A stretch of DNA of 64,000 bases from positions 2,453-66,452 of the IMG/VR virus record IMGVR_UViG_3300025640_000009; one strand, written 5' to 3'. The first letter of the stretch is position 1; each line of letters opens with the position of its first letter. This stretch comes from a virus. Below, one piece after another: positions 1 to 10,416 of this stretch. A program made the translations under genes and the position numbers. Below the pieces are notes generated by a model. That model saw only the letters and a program-made list of their open reading frames with translations. It was not told the DNA's origin and did no database searches.

Positions 1-3000
1 TGCAACATAACCACCAAGCGCGCCTATTGTACCAACGTCACCTGTATTAGTATCTAAAGCTAAAGCTTTTACTTGAAGAGTTTCAGCTTTAAATACGATT
101 GTTTGTTGTGAGTCTCCTGATATATTCGTAGTTATATCTGCACTTAATACAACAGAATTACCACCCGCACCAATAGTAACTATAGTTGCTCCAGTTTCAA
201 TACCAGTTCCATATACTCTCATACCAGGAACTAACTTAATCACATCTACTAAATTAAGAGTTCTTTGATCTGCATCGGAATCACCAGCAGTTAGTACTGC
301 TCGATCTGTACTAATACCCAATCTAGTATTAGAACCAGAAACATCACCAATCTCATGATGTAATTGATTAATTGCTGTAGTGATGGTGTTATCAGTAGTT
401 GCAACCGTGCTGATATTAGATGAACCAATCTCATTATGCAATTCTCTAATTGCTGTCACAACAGTAGATGCAGTTGTACCCATTGCATTAGCTGTTACAT
501 CACCAAGCTCATCATGTAATTTCTTGATAGTATGACTTAGTGTATGAGTAGTTCCATGAATGCCACTAATATTTTCTGAACCAATAACAGTTAATATGCT
601 ATTAATTGCATTTGTATACGTATCACTATTAAATGTTCCTGCGTTAGCACCATTAATAGAAGAACTAATTAAGCTTCGTTGTCCAAGATCATCTTGAAGT
701 TCACGAATTGCATCTACAATATTACCAGCAGCAAAGTCTGTGCCGGCACCATCTGAATCAACAAGAGTTGCAATCTTATCGTCTAAGTCTGCAGTACCAC
801 CTACTAAAGCTGTACGAAGAGCAATCAATGAAGTTGTAATTACATCGTCAGCAAAACCATATCCTGTAGGTTCTGTAAACGTAATTTGTACGCCTGAATC
901 TGCTACTGTATGTGTTTTACTTAATATAAATTGCGTCGCACTTACCTTTTTAATAATAGTAGTATCAGCTTGAATTCCAGTACCGCTAACCTGATAACCC
1001 ACATCTACAGCTGCGTTTGCATTGCTTCCTAAAGTAAGAGTTGTTGATGCTGGTGTACCTCCAGCATCAGATGTACTAGCATTTACTTGATATGTATCAC
1101 CAGAATTACTTAATTCTCGTACATCACCAAGATATGTTTGAATCTCTCTAATTGCAGCAAGGAAATTTGTTTGGCTATAACCATCTTTACCAGCTAAGCC
1201 ATTTTCGTGTGATGCATGAAATGCTTGTGTATCGAATTCAACAGCATCTGTCATTCGTGATACAATATCTTTTACAGCAAGTGTTAAATCAGTTGCAGCT
1301 GATGGTAAAGCAGTATTAGTTAATTCTACACCTGATGCACCAACTTCACCAATGTCTGTATATATTTGATCAAGAGCTGATGTGATTGTATTATCGGATC
1401 CGTTATCAATATCACTAATATCTGCAACACCAACGAATGCTTTAATGTTATTAATTGCAGTAGAAAGATCGCCAGGTGTATCAGCAACAGTACCTAAATT
1501 ATCATTACTAAGAGCCGATACATCACCGATTTCTCTATGAATAAAATCAAGAGCATTTGCTAAAGTATCAGCTTCAGTAAACGTAAGAACCGTGTTAAGA
1601 CCAACTGCGCTAGTCGAGGCCTGACTTAATGTTAATGCCGTGCCACTAATAGCAGCAACTACTGTTGCTGGAGTCGTATCAATATCTGTACCAGTAACAA
1701 CCTGTCCTACTTTAATTGCAGGATTTGCTGTACTTAAAGTAATACCAGTACCAGCTGAACCTTGAGCAGCACCAACCGTTTGAGTAGTAACACCAATGTT
1801 TTTCCAATCTGTATCTGTACCAACTAATGCAATAATTTTTGCAAGAGTATCAGTTAAAGTCGGAGGTGAAACTAAAGTAATATTGCTATTTGTAGTAAGT
1901 GTTGTATTACTAATAAGAGTATCAATTGCCTTTATTTTAGTAGTAAGATCTTCGACCTTAAAATCAATGTCTTGACTTGCAGCAATATTACCAGTAATAG
2001 GTCTTGATAATGTGACTTGAGTTGAACTTACTGCTGTTACAAATGCACCGCCTCCAGTTGTAGTATCGATACTACCATGTCCACTTGCAAACATACCAAC
2101 TTTGATACCAGCAGTAATTGGACTTGAAGCCATTGTAAGAACAGTTGCAGTACTATTAATTTGTGAACTATGAGTTGCTAATGTCTTTGTGGGAGTAGTT
2201 AATATACCAACGTTTGTTTGTGGTGTGGCTTCAGCACCACCAATATCTCTTACAAGTTCTTCAAGAAGAAGTTTTAAATTAGTTCCACTATTTGTATATG
2301 GTGCTACTGTAACACCTAAATCACTACCAACTAAATCTGTATCTGCACCACGAATTGCAGTTTCTAATTCATTGATTGCCGCAACAAATGTTGTTTTATC
2401 ATTTGTATCTAATGAAGCTAAACTTCCAGAAGTACCATATAAATCAACTTCATGTTCAAGTACAGCATCAATTAAATTATTTGCAGTCATTGATGGATGT
2501 GCAGAAGGACTACTAGTAGATCCTAAATCGTCTACTACCAATGCAGTATTACCACCTCTGATTGCAGTTTCTAATTCATTGATTGATGTAACAACATCCG
2601 TTTTATCATTTGTATCTAATAGAGTAATTTCACCAATATCATCTTGTAATTCTAAGATTGCATCAACAGCACTACCAAAAAACACTTTATATTCATCACC
2701 TGCAACACCAGGTGAGCTAAATTCAATCATTTGAGCATATTCTGGGTTAACTGAAGTAAATGAACTCAATTTATTTGCAGCAATTGTAATATCTGCTCCA
2801 CTTATATTTCCACCTGCACCATTTACAACAGTTGTAGAAAGAAGATCTTGTCCTGCATTAAATGCACCTGATAGGACATTTTTAAATATAAGTACACCAC
2901 TGATATCAGCAGTTAATAATGTACCTTTAAACGTTTCAGATCCTATGGTACCTTGATATAATACTTCGCCTTCGATAAACGTAACAGGTATAGTAGGAGT

Positions 3001-3906
3001 GCCTGTAGTAGTTACAAAATGATTATGTGGTGCAATATGAAAACCATCTCTTGTCATGTCTTGAGATATACTTAATGCATTTGATACTAAAGTTTGAGTA
3101 CCTGTACCAATCGATAAAGTTTCAGATCCTCCACCTGGTGATGTTTCTAATTTTATAAATCTTGTTCCAGATACACCAGTCTTTTTAACATAAAAAACAG
3201 TTGTAGCATTAGCTGATCCGAATATCCCATCATTGGCATCTGCAGGAGCAGTATAATTAATAATGTCGCCTTCAGATACTGCAGCGTATGCAGCAACACT
3301 TAATTGTACTCTATTAGCATTTACCGCGGTTGCATCAAAACTATAATTACGAGTTCTATATAATCGGACATTACCGTAGCTATAAGACTCTACAATAAGA
3401 TCTTTTAATCTTGTGTGTGAAATCAATTTAGTTAGATCAGCAGTCTTATATAGATTCAATCCTGCATTAAAGCCTGATGTACTAGTGACATTTTCAACTA
3501 AGATTTTCTTAGCGCTAATAGATACTATGACTGCAGTAAATATTGCAGCGCTGCCAGTAGCATTATCAGCATACTGAGTAATTTGATCGCCGGCAATGAA
3601 GTCACCAGTATTCGTAACACCCTCTTTAAGAATAATATAACCATCAGTATTATCAACTTTACGATCTGCTGAGTAATCAATCTCAAGACCATTAGGCAAA
3701 GTTGTAACATCACGGATATATAGTCCACCGTCACCTAAGTCTGATTTAGTAACATATTGATCGGTTAACCTAGGTTCTATATCTAAGCTATTTGCGTTAT
3801 AAGACTGGTTACTTGCAACAGCACCAAGATCTAGAGAGATATCATTCGACTTTTGTCTCCAATCTTCAAAAGTATCAGACTTATTTACTAAAGTTTCTTT
3901 TGCCAT
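1..3906 (-). CDS. Long tail fibre-like protein, 3' end beyond the window (>1300 aa)
   Basis: Not in the ORF track because no stop falls in the window. ATG at 3906 overlaps the upstream TAA. N-terminus MAKETLVNKSDTFEDWRQKSN is typical of T4-like fibres, with recurring GD..L.T.DKT.V.AINEL repeats. The frame is open at position 1 (spot-checked only). Confidence 0.75.
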   Translation of the reverse strand, partial: MAKETLVNKSDTFEDWRQKSNDISLDLGAVASNQSYNANSLDIEPRLTDQYVTKSDLGDGGLYIRDVTTLPNGLEIDYSADRKVDNTDGYIILKEGVTNTGDFIAGDQITQYADNATGSAAIFTAVIVSISAKKILVENVTSTSGFNAGLNLYKTADLTKLISHTRLKDLIVESYSYGNVRLYRTRNYSFDATAVNANRVQLSVAAYAAVSEGDIINYTAPADANDGIFGSANATTVFYVKKTGVSGTRFIKLETSPGGGSETLSIGTGTQTLVSNALSISQDMTRDGFHIAPHNHFVTTTGTPTIPVTFIEGEVLYQGTIGSETFKGTLLTADISGVLIFKNVLSGAFNAGQDLLSTTVVNGAGGNISGADITIAANKLSSFTSVNPEYAQMIEFSSPGVAGDEYKVFFGSAVDAILELQDDIGEITLLDTNDKTDVVTSINELETAIRGGNTALVVDDLGSTSSPSAHPSMTANNLIDAVLEHEVDLYGTSGSLASLDTNDKTTFVAAINELETAIRGADTDLVGSDLGVTVAPYTNSGTNLKLLLEELVRDIGGAEATPQTNVGILTTPTKTLATHSSQINSTATVLTMASSPITAGIKVGMFASGHGSIDTTTGGGAFVTAVSSTQVTLSRPITGNIAASQDIDFKVEDLTTKIKAIDTLISNTTLTTNSNITLVSPPTLTDTLAKIIALVGTDTDWKNIGVTTQTVGAAQGSAGTGITLSTANPAIKVGQVVTGTDIDTTPATVVAAISGTALTLSQASTSAVGLNTVLTFTEADTLANALDFIHREIGDVSALSNDNLGTVADTPGDLSTAINNIKAFVGVADISDIDNGSDNTITSALDQIYTDIGEVGASGVELTNTALPSAATDLTLAVKDIVSRMTDAVEFDTQAFHASHENGLAGKDGYSQTNFLAAIREIQTYLGDVRELSNSGDTYQVNASTSDAGGTPASTTLTLGSNANAAVDVGYQVSGTGIQADTTIIKKVSATQFILSKTHTVADSGVQITFTEPTGYGFADDVITTSLIALRTALVGGTADLDDKIATLVDSDGAGTDFAAGNIVDAIRELQDDLGQRSLISSSINGANAGTFNSDTYTNAINSILTVIGSENISGIHGTTHTLSHTIKKLHDELGDVTANAMGTTASTVVTAIRELHNEIGSSNISTVATTDNTITTAINQLHHEIGDVSGSNTRLGISTDRAVLTAGDSDADQRTLNLVDVIKLVPGMRVYGTGIETGATIVTIGAGGNSVVLSADITTNISGDSQQTIVFKAETLQVKALALDTNTGDVGTIGALGGYVA
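2354..2620. repeat. Imperfect ~60-bp direct repeat (2354-2413 and 2561-2620) within the fibre gene
   Basis: Shared blocks attgcagtttctaattcattgattg and gttttatcatttgtatctaat, encoding LDTNDKT..V..INELETAI. Confidence 0.85.
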
Positions 3907-4130
3907 TATTCATTACTCGCTAATAGTGATTTTAATAAATCTTTGATTTCGTTTACGTCAGATTTAAGTGTATTAAGCTCTTGTTTAAGATCTTGCTTTT
4001 CTTCTTCTTCAATCTGAATGTTTTTAATTTGTCTCAACCGTTTCTGATACAAACTGTTATTAGTATTTATAACAGCACCGGTCAAAGAATCTCGCTCTAA
4101 TGATATATCATCTTTTATTTTTATATTCAT
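3906..4130 (-). CDS. Small coiled-coil hypothetical protein, commonly found after the large virion protein in T4-like phages
   Basis: LERDSLTGAVIN motif followed by a heptad-rich C-terminus. Confidence 0.7.
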   Translation of the reverse strand: MNIKIKDDISLERDSLTGAVINTNNSLYQKRLRQIKNIQIEEEEKQDLKQELNTLKSDVNEIKDLLKSLLASNE

Positions 4131-4143
4131 ATAGTATATATCA

Positions 4144-7100
4144 TTACGTTGTAGCGATAGATCTGAAGTTTTTAACCATTGGCACTTTGCAACTGTTATT
4201 TGTTCTTAGAACAATCTTAAACGCGAATGAACCAAATTTATCTGCTGGAGGAGATGCCGTCGTTACTGCAGAACCCCCAGTTGTGCCATCAGCTTGAGAT
4301 GCCGTAGGTTCGTTTCCAGCCGGATCAGTAAAAGTCATTGAAACTTTACCTGAAGCTGCAGCCATAGCGGCATCTGCCTTAGCTTGTTTTTGCTGCATAT
4401 CTTTAAATGCGTTTGCTACCGCAGTAACAGAATCATCTTTATTATTCGCAAAATATAATTCGGCATAAAGATCTAATGCAGTATAAACACCATATTCTTC
4501 ATAAAAATCATGCTTGGTTTTTCCAGTAGCAGGTCGAGTAGGAGTAACTGGTACAGATTGAACGCCAGCACTAGGTACCGATGCAGCCACGCCAGTTACA
4601 ACATTTTCTATTAATTGAGAATATTCAACATGTGTCACACCAGAATCTTTAGTCGCTATAGCTTCTTTCGGATTAAATAGATACCATGGAAGATCATTAA
4701 AGTTACTATCATCACCGGCTGCTTTAACCTTAAAGTATAGATCAATAGATGATCCAGCTGGACGATGTACTTCAGCGTAAGCATCAAGTTGAGTAGCTTC
4801 ATTAGCGAGTGTAATCTCTTTCGTAATAAAGACATTCAAATTTGAACCACCTGTAGCAGTTGTTTCAGCTACATAGTTTCTACCATGAGTAGCTTTATTA
4901 TATCCCGTAACTCCAGAGTCACTATCTGCATCATTAGTTCTGTTTGATATACAAAATAGTGATGCTCTATTTGCATCAATTACCGGAGATAGGAATGTAT
5001 TCTCAGTTGTAAATTTACACTTAATAGCAATAGACTTACCGGCCTCACCTATAAAATCGGCCGATGCAGCATTTTCTAACTGGCCAGTTCCAGCTGTAAT
5101 CTCAGCGGCTGATGCTATAGCAATAGGATTCGCGAAAAAGTTATTATTGTTTATTGATAATGGTAGATCTTGCAATCCAACGAACTCAGATTGTGATCCA
5201 TCCTGTGATTTCCCAGTGAAACAATTAGTTTCATAAGTAATCAATGTTTCAGGCAATTGTAAAGTTTCATTATATGGAACTAATGCATCAATTGACATAT
5301 TTTCAGTAGCAGTAACATTTGCACCACCCCCAATTAAACTGACAGTCATTGCCTCAATAGCAGTATCTGCAATTGTAATTACGTATGAATCAATTTCAAC
5401 ATCACTGATAACATGAGTAGCATTGAGTAACGCAGCAGTAATTGAATTAATTGCACCAGCTCCTGCGATCGTTACACTACTTCCGTTAAACATACCATGA
5501 TTAGGATGTGCCACCCGAAGTACTGCGCTGTCATCTACTGTTGCAGTACATATAAAGAATGGATCAGCTTTTAATTTTTTAACAGGTAGTTGATCATTCA
5601 CAAAAGTAACTACCGTACCACTACCACTAAACTCTGCACGTTTTACTTTAAACTTAAGATCTTTACCTTGCTCTGCAGTCCATGTTGAACCATTTTGTGA
5701 TTTAAAGAATACACCGTTATATGGCTGTTTAGCAACTCGTGCATTAGTTTGTAAGTCAAAGGCGCCAGTTTCTGCAACACATACTTTATATGTATCAGAG
5801 TTAGATATTAGCACGATTGCATATTCGGTATCTTGCGATAGATAAACAGGATGTTCGAATGTAACTGGACAAGCTACAGAGCCATTAGACGTGATCATGT
5901 TGGTATATATAAGATTCTTTGTACTACCAGAAGATGATGAAGACGGATATAAGATTGTTTCAGATCCAGGTACGATTCTTTGAGTAGGATAACCATTCTC
6001 AGTTTCACGTATAGAAACATTTAAAGGTATACCTGCTCCACCTGCAGCAGTACCAGCTTCAGACGCCGCGACAAATATATCTAATGATGTAGCAAAGATA
6101 CCGCCATCTTGTTCAATCAAGATAGTCTGTGCTAATGGATCATACCATTCTGTAGTTCTATTATCATCTACATTTGTTTCGCTTATTACTCTATCAGCAT
6201 TAACTTCACTTGTTACAATCTTAGGAACCTTAGTTGATATGATTGTATTCTGTTTTACTTCTAACATTCCTGCTGCATAATATTGAGCTTCAGCGTATGT
6301 TCCTTCATTTGCTTTATCGTTCACAGGAGAATCACTTAACCTAAATTCCCTTGTGCCGGTTTTAAAACGAAGAGAGCTATTATTAGGAATAATAAATGAC
6401 CCTTCAATAATTCCAGACGCGTCTGATACTAATGCTGTTGCACTTGGATGAGCTGTTGCATCAGCGTAACCAACTACGTTTGTATCACCACCATATTCAA
6501 CATAACTTTTTTCAGCGCAATATCCAGTAATATCAACATCATTAAAAAATGCATACATTTTAGTATCAGGCTTAAGCATTTCAGCTTTAAAATATATTTC
6601 TCTTGATCGGATAAACGGTACATAATTAGTTTCAACAATCTTTGATCCTAACTCAGATGTTTCAGTATCTGTAGTAATAGAAGTAGTTAACCCAGATCTA
6701 GATTGACCTGCGGATTCTGTAGTCGTAACAATTGACCCAGACAAATATTCGTATCCGCCCCACTCGTTAAAACCAGAAACTCGTTCTAATAACACATCAT
6801 TAGGGTTACCATTATTCGCATCTCGACCATGGTGACCAAACGTTTGAACATCACTATTGATTCCAGTCCAATTAGTTTCCCATTCATTCCAAACAGTACC
6901 TAATACACCAGATTCTTCTAACATTCCGACAAGCTGATCATACTGACCAGTTTCATTTATAAGAACATCAGGTCTATGTTCGGTATCTTTCCACTCATCA
7001 CTATCAGGAGATAATTTTACTACGCCATTCCAAGTAAATACATTGTATGGGTTTACGAATTCAGTTAACGTTGCAGCTGGTTGATCGATAAATGTTCGTT

Positions 7101-10100
7101 GAGTAAATGGTAGAGTATAGAGTGATCCGTTTCTAACTATTCCAGTTTCACTGGCCTTTCTTTCTAGTCTTATATTTTTCTGATCAAACTTGGGACGAAG
7201 TGTACCTAGGGCTTTATCGATAGCGCAATGATAATCAGGGTGTTCAACGTTTCCGTTACCATGACCAATGAATGGCTCTACGAATATACCGTTCTTAAAT
7301 CTTTCCATATCACTACCACCATCAGGTACAGAAATAGCAAGTGTTGCAGCTTCTAGTAAACTTAATGATGTATAGTATTCAAGATTCTTAATTCTTCTAT
7401 TAAGTTCACCGATATGTTTCATAGTATATCGTTTATGATCTTTTAAATCTTGTTTAACATGCGCTTTAGCATTATAAGTGAAAGGTGCAACTCGTAACGA
7501 ACCTATAACCATTGCGTCACTTGGATCTTCAGGAGCAATAGGAGTTTCTGATGAAAGACCTTTAATAACTTTATATGCACCATCACGACCTAATATCAAT
7601 TTGTCAATCCTAGGCAGCCATACTTCACTGTCGACAGTTAGTATTGAACTAGGAGTAAGAGCTGGAGAACCAACGGATTTAGTAGTAGACGAAGTTTTAA
7701 ATGTACTTGTTGCATTAGATGTATAAAGATTCGAATGTACATCTAATGTGCCTTTAACAGGCCTAAAGTCTATACAATCTTTTAGATCAAAATTACCTTC
7801 TGGAGTAACTGCTAATGGGATTCGATTTCGATCATGAGTAGTGGTTGTAGCAGGGTAAGAATTTATAGTAATGTACTCACCAGCACTGTGTGTATAGTGA
7901 TTAAACGTAATGTATACATTGCCCGCCGCGGCATTACCGATTGGAATCAATTGGCCTTCATCATAGAAATTTGCACGTTGACCATTATCTAATTTAAATT
8001 GATCAGTAATATCTGCTCCATCCGTCGCACCTTGTTTTACTGAAACAATACTGTAAATGTCATATGCATTTAATAGAATAGGATTACTACCATCAAACTT
8101 ATAAAGAGTATCTGCAACTGATACGAATGTTTTAGTTTTCTTATTATCAACATTACCGGTTTTTTGTACAGTAATGATTGCACATACGCTTTTACCATTA
8201 GTAGTACCTGTAACAGTAACATCTCTTACTGATGCTGTTACTGAAGTAGTAGTAGTTCGAACAGGAGTTGCACCGCTTTTCGATCCTATTGATACAAGCA
8301 CTGCGCCCGGCAATAATGTTTCGTCAGCGGCTATAGCATCAGTGAAAACTTTATTACTACCTCCTGCGTCATCAGCATATAAACGCACTTGTCGAGTGTA
8401 TACTGGTTTATCATCAGCTTCTGCCGTTTTAATTGTACCACCCGGCAGTTTAAATATTAAACTATTATTAGTCGCATCAAACCTTTTACCATCAGCAGAG
8501 CTTACAAAATGACCAAAGAAATCATTATTGGCACCACCAGTTATTTCTTTTAATTGTTCTACTTTATCGACTCTAGCGAATGTACCACTTGTCATGACTA
8601 TATCAAAGAGATATAATTTCATAACAGTTGCACTTTCATATACTACAGCTCTGGCTCTTGCACGACCAACACCTAGTTGAGCTACTCGGAATGTGAGATC
8701 ATTCGCCGCCGTTGTACCACCAAATTTAGTACCCAGTACTGTAAATAGACTATTGACGTTATATCCATTACCACCATCGATCACTTCAACTACAACTTTA
8801 CCAGCGCTATCAATAACGATTTTAAATCTAGCACCAGTACCATTAGCACCGGTAGTATGTGCATCACCATCTGTTACGTAGTACGTACCTTGAAAAGTAC
8901 CAGCAGCACTACCTAGTGCAACTGTATCAACTAAAGCGATTGGATTAGTGGCACCACCTGCTGTATCGATAAGAGCTAATTCGCTAAAGTTTTCAATATC
9001 AGGAAATCCTACTGAAGTGCTAGCACTACTTACATCGATTTTTACATAGTTACCTATATCTAATCGACTAGTACTTTGATTTTTTTCTACATAATCCTTT
9101 GGAGCAGTTGATACTTCTCTTGGCTTATCAACTGTAATAAAATTAGTTGAAATATTCTCAGTTCTATATCCTTGAACATAAGCAACATTAGGTTCTACAC
9201 CAACAACATATTTCTTTTCGCCAAAGGCTTTAGCTAATGCATTATCATTAGCAGTACTTAGACTTTCTTCAGCTGCGATTACTGCAGCTGTTTTAAAACC
9301 ACCATTAGTTCCATCATCAAGATATTCTTTAATGTCTAATGTAAATGGTTTTAATGCATAGTTACCAGATTCTTCACTTGTTCGTCGAGCTAATCTTTTT
9401 GTAAGCTCAGTATTAACTTCAGCAGCAGGAGCAACTTCAATTTGCTTCACACCATTAGTAATAGTCAAGAGAATAATATAATTTTTATACACACCAGTTG
9501 GACTAGCAGGATCTGCTTTAATAAGTTGTGTTGCAATTTTATATCGATCAGCACCAGGAGCCGAAGCATTCGGAAACCCAGTAGCATTGTCAACCAAATT
9601 TGTATCAGTCGCGGCAGTAGCAATACTTTCAGTAACTTGCAATCCGATTATATTAGATGGAGTATTATCATACTTTTGTAAAATGATACTATCAGCAGCA
9701 ACATATACAAAATTACCAGAGATAAAATATACACCTTCATTGATCGTGACTTGTGATCCTTTACCTATAGGATTTGTAGCAACCGCACCAGATGAAGCAG
9801 TAACAGTTCCACCATCACTTAAATTCGTATCAGAACCACCACCGACCATTAATATATCAGCAGCATTAGTACTCGAAGTTAAAAGCTCGCCTGCAACGAA
9901 TGTATTACTATTCGCTGTACCACTACCAGTAACATACTTAATGTATATAGTAAGAGCATCTGAAGTATTACCTGATTCCAATATTCCGCTTTTATTTGAG
10001 CCAGCCGCTAAGTCAACACCAGCTTCACTGATGACTTGTATGACTTGAGCAACAACGCCATTCGCATTAGTTAATGTGCCATTCACGGCATTTACAAGAC

Positions 10101-10401
10101 TAGATATAAACGCACTAGCAGGAACAGCTGCTCCTGACGCATTAGTGAAGCTGCTTTCGACTTTGATATAATCATAGTCAGTATTAAGCGCAACTTCACC
10201 ACCTACTACTCTAGATCCATCAGCGAAAGAATACTGCCCATGATAATCAATCTGACGTTGCAAATTAGATTGCATTTCAGTCAACTCACGAGCCTGGACA
10301 GATACCCCAGGTTTAAATAATACTCTGTGATAATTCTTTGCTTCTGTAGAATCGTCAAATGTGTACGTTGAAAATATATTTTTTACATTGGTAATCGACA
10401 T
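4144..10401 (-). CDS. Large baseplate/virion structural protein (DUF4815-like, cyanophage-type), 2085 aa
   Basis: DD...KNYHRVLFKPGVSVQARELTEMQS N-terminus, APGADRYKI, RYTMKHIGEL..RIKNLEYYTSLSLLE, NPYNVFTW and YDPLAQT. Lies downstream of gp8. Confidence 0.85.
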   Translation of the reverse strand: MSITNVKNIFSTYTFDDSTEAKNYHRVLFKPGVSVQARELTEMQSNLQRQIDYHGQYSFADGSRVVGGEVALNTDYDYIKVESSFTNASGAAVPASAFISSLVNAVNGTLTNANGVVAQVIQVISEAGVDLAAGSNKSGILESGNTSDALTIYIKYVTGSGTANSNTFVAGELLTSSTNAADILMVGGGSDTNLSDGGTVTASSGAVATNPIGKGSQVTINEGVYFISGNFVYVAADSIILQKYDNTPSNIIGLQVTESIATAATDTNLVDNATGFPNASAPGADRYKIATQLIKADPASPTGVYKNYIILLTITNGVKQIEVAPAAEVNTELTKRLARRTSEESGNYALKPFTLDIKEYLDDGTNGGFKTAAVIAAEESLSTANDNALAKAFGEKKYVVGVEPNVAYVQGYRTENISTNFITVDKPREVSTAPKDYVEKNQSTSRLDIGNYVKIDVSSASTSVGFPDIENFSELALIDTAGGATNPIALVDTVALGSAAGTFQGTYYVTDGDAHTTGANGTGARFKIVIDSAGKVVVEVIDGGNGYNVNSLFTVLGTKFGGTTAANDLTFRVAQLGVGRARARAVVYESATVMKLYLFDIVMTSGTFARVDKVEQLKEITGGANNDFFGHFVSSADGKRFDATNNSLIFKLPGGTIKTAEADDKPVYTRQVRLYADDAGGSNKVFTDAIAADETLLPGAVLVSIGSKSGATPVRTTTTSVTASVRDVTVTGTTNGKSVCAIITVQKTGNVDNKKTKTFVSVADTLYKFDGSNPILLNAYDIYSIVSVKQGATDGADITDQFKLDNGQRANFYDEGQLIPIGNAAAGNVYITFNHYTHSAGEYITINSYPATTTTHDRNRIPLAVTPEGNFDLKDCIDFRPVKGTLDVHSNLYTSNATSTFKTSSTTKSVGSPALTPSSILTVDSEVWLPRIDKLILGRDGAYKVIKGLSSETPIAPEDPSDAMVIGSLRVAPFTYNAKAHVKQDLKDHKRYTMKHIGELNRRIKNLEYYTSLSLLEAATLAISVPDGGSDMERFKNGIFVEPFIGHGNGNVEHPDYHCAIDKALGTLRPKFDQKNIRLERKASETGIVRNGSLYTLPFTQRTFIDQPAATLTEFVNPYNVFTWNGVVKLSPDSDEWKDTEHRPDVLINETGQYDQLVGMLEESGVLGTVWNEWETNWTGINSDVQTFGHHGRDANNGNPNDVLLERVSGFNEWGGYEYLSGSIVTTTESAGQSRSGLTTSITTDTETSELGSKIVETNYVPFIRSREIYFKAEMLKPDTKMYAFFNDVDITGYCAEKSYVEYGGDTNVVGYADATAHPSATALVSDASGIIEGSFIIPNNSSLRFKTGTREFRLSDSPVNDKANEGTYAEAQYYAAGMLEVKQNTIISTKVPKIVTSEVNADRVISETNVDDNRTTEWYDPLAQTILIEQDGGIFATSLDIFVAASEAGTAAGGAGIPLNVSIRETENGYPTQRIVPGSETILYPSSSSSGSTKNLIYTNMITSNGSVACPVTFEHPVYLSQDTEYAIVLISNSDTYKVCVAETGAFDLQTNARVAKQPYNGVFFKSQNGSTWTAEQGKDLKFKVKRAEFSGSGTVVTFVNDQLPVKKLKADPFFICTATVDDSAVLRVAHPNHGMFNGSSVTIAGAGAINSITAALLNATHVISDVEIDSYVITIADTAIEAMTVSLIGGGANVTATENMSIDALVPYNETLQLPETLITYETNCFTGKSQDGSQSEFVGLQDLPLSINNNNFFANPIAIASAAEITAGTGQLENAASADFIGEAGKSIAIKCKFTTENTFLSPVIDANRASLFCISNRTNDADSDSGVTGYNKATHGRNYVAETTATGGSNLNVFITKEITLANEATQLDAYAEVHRPAGSSIDLYFKVKAAGDDSNFNDLPWYLFNPKEAIATKDSGVTHVEYSQLIENVVTGVAASVPSAGVQSVPVTPTRPATGKTKHDFYEEYGVYTALDLYAELYFANNKDDSVTAVANAFKDMQQKQAKADAAMAAASGKVSMTFTDPAGNEPTASQADGTTGGSAVTTASPPADKFGSFAFKIVLRTNNSCKVPMVKNFRSIATT

Positions 10402-10416
10402 GTTTTATTTTCTCTT

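Noticed and set aside
2354-2620. Direct repeat in the fibre gene as a possible DGR template/variable repeat or CRISPR
   Set aside because: Both copies are in-frame coding repeats, the differences are not adenine-specific, and no reverse transcriptase or spacer array is present.
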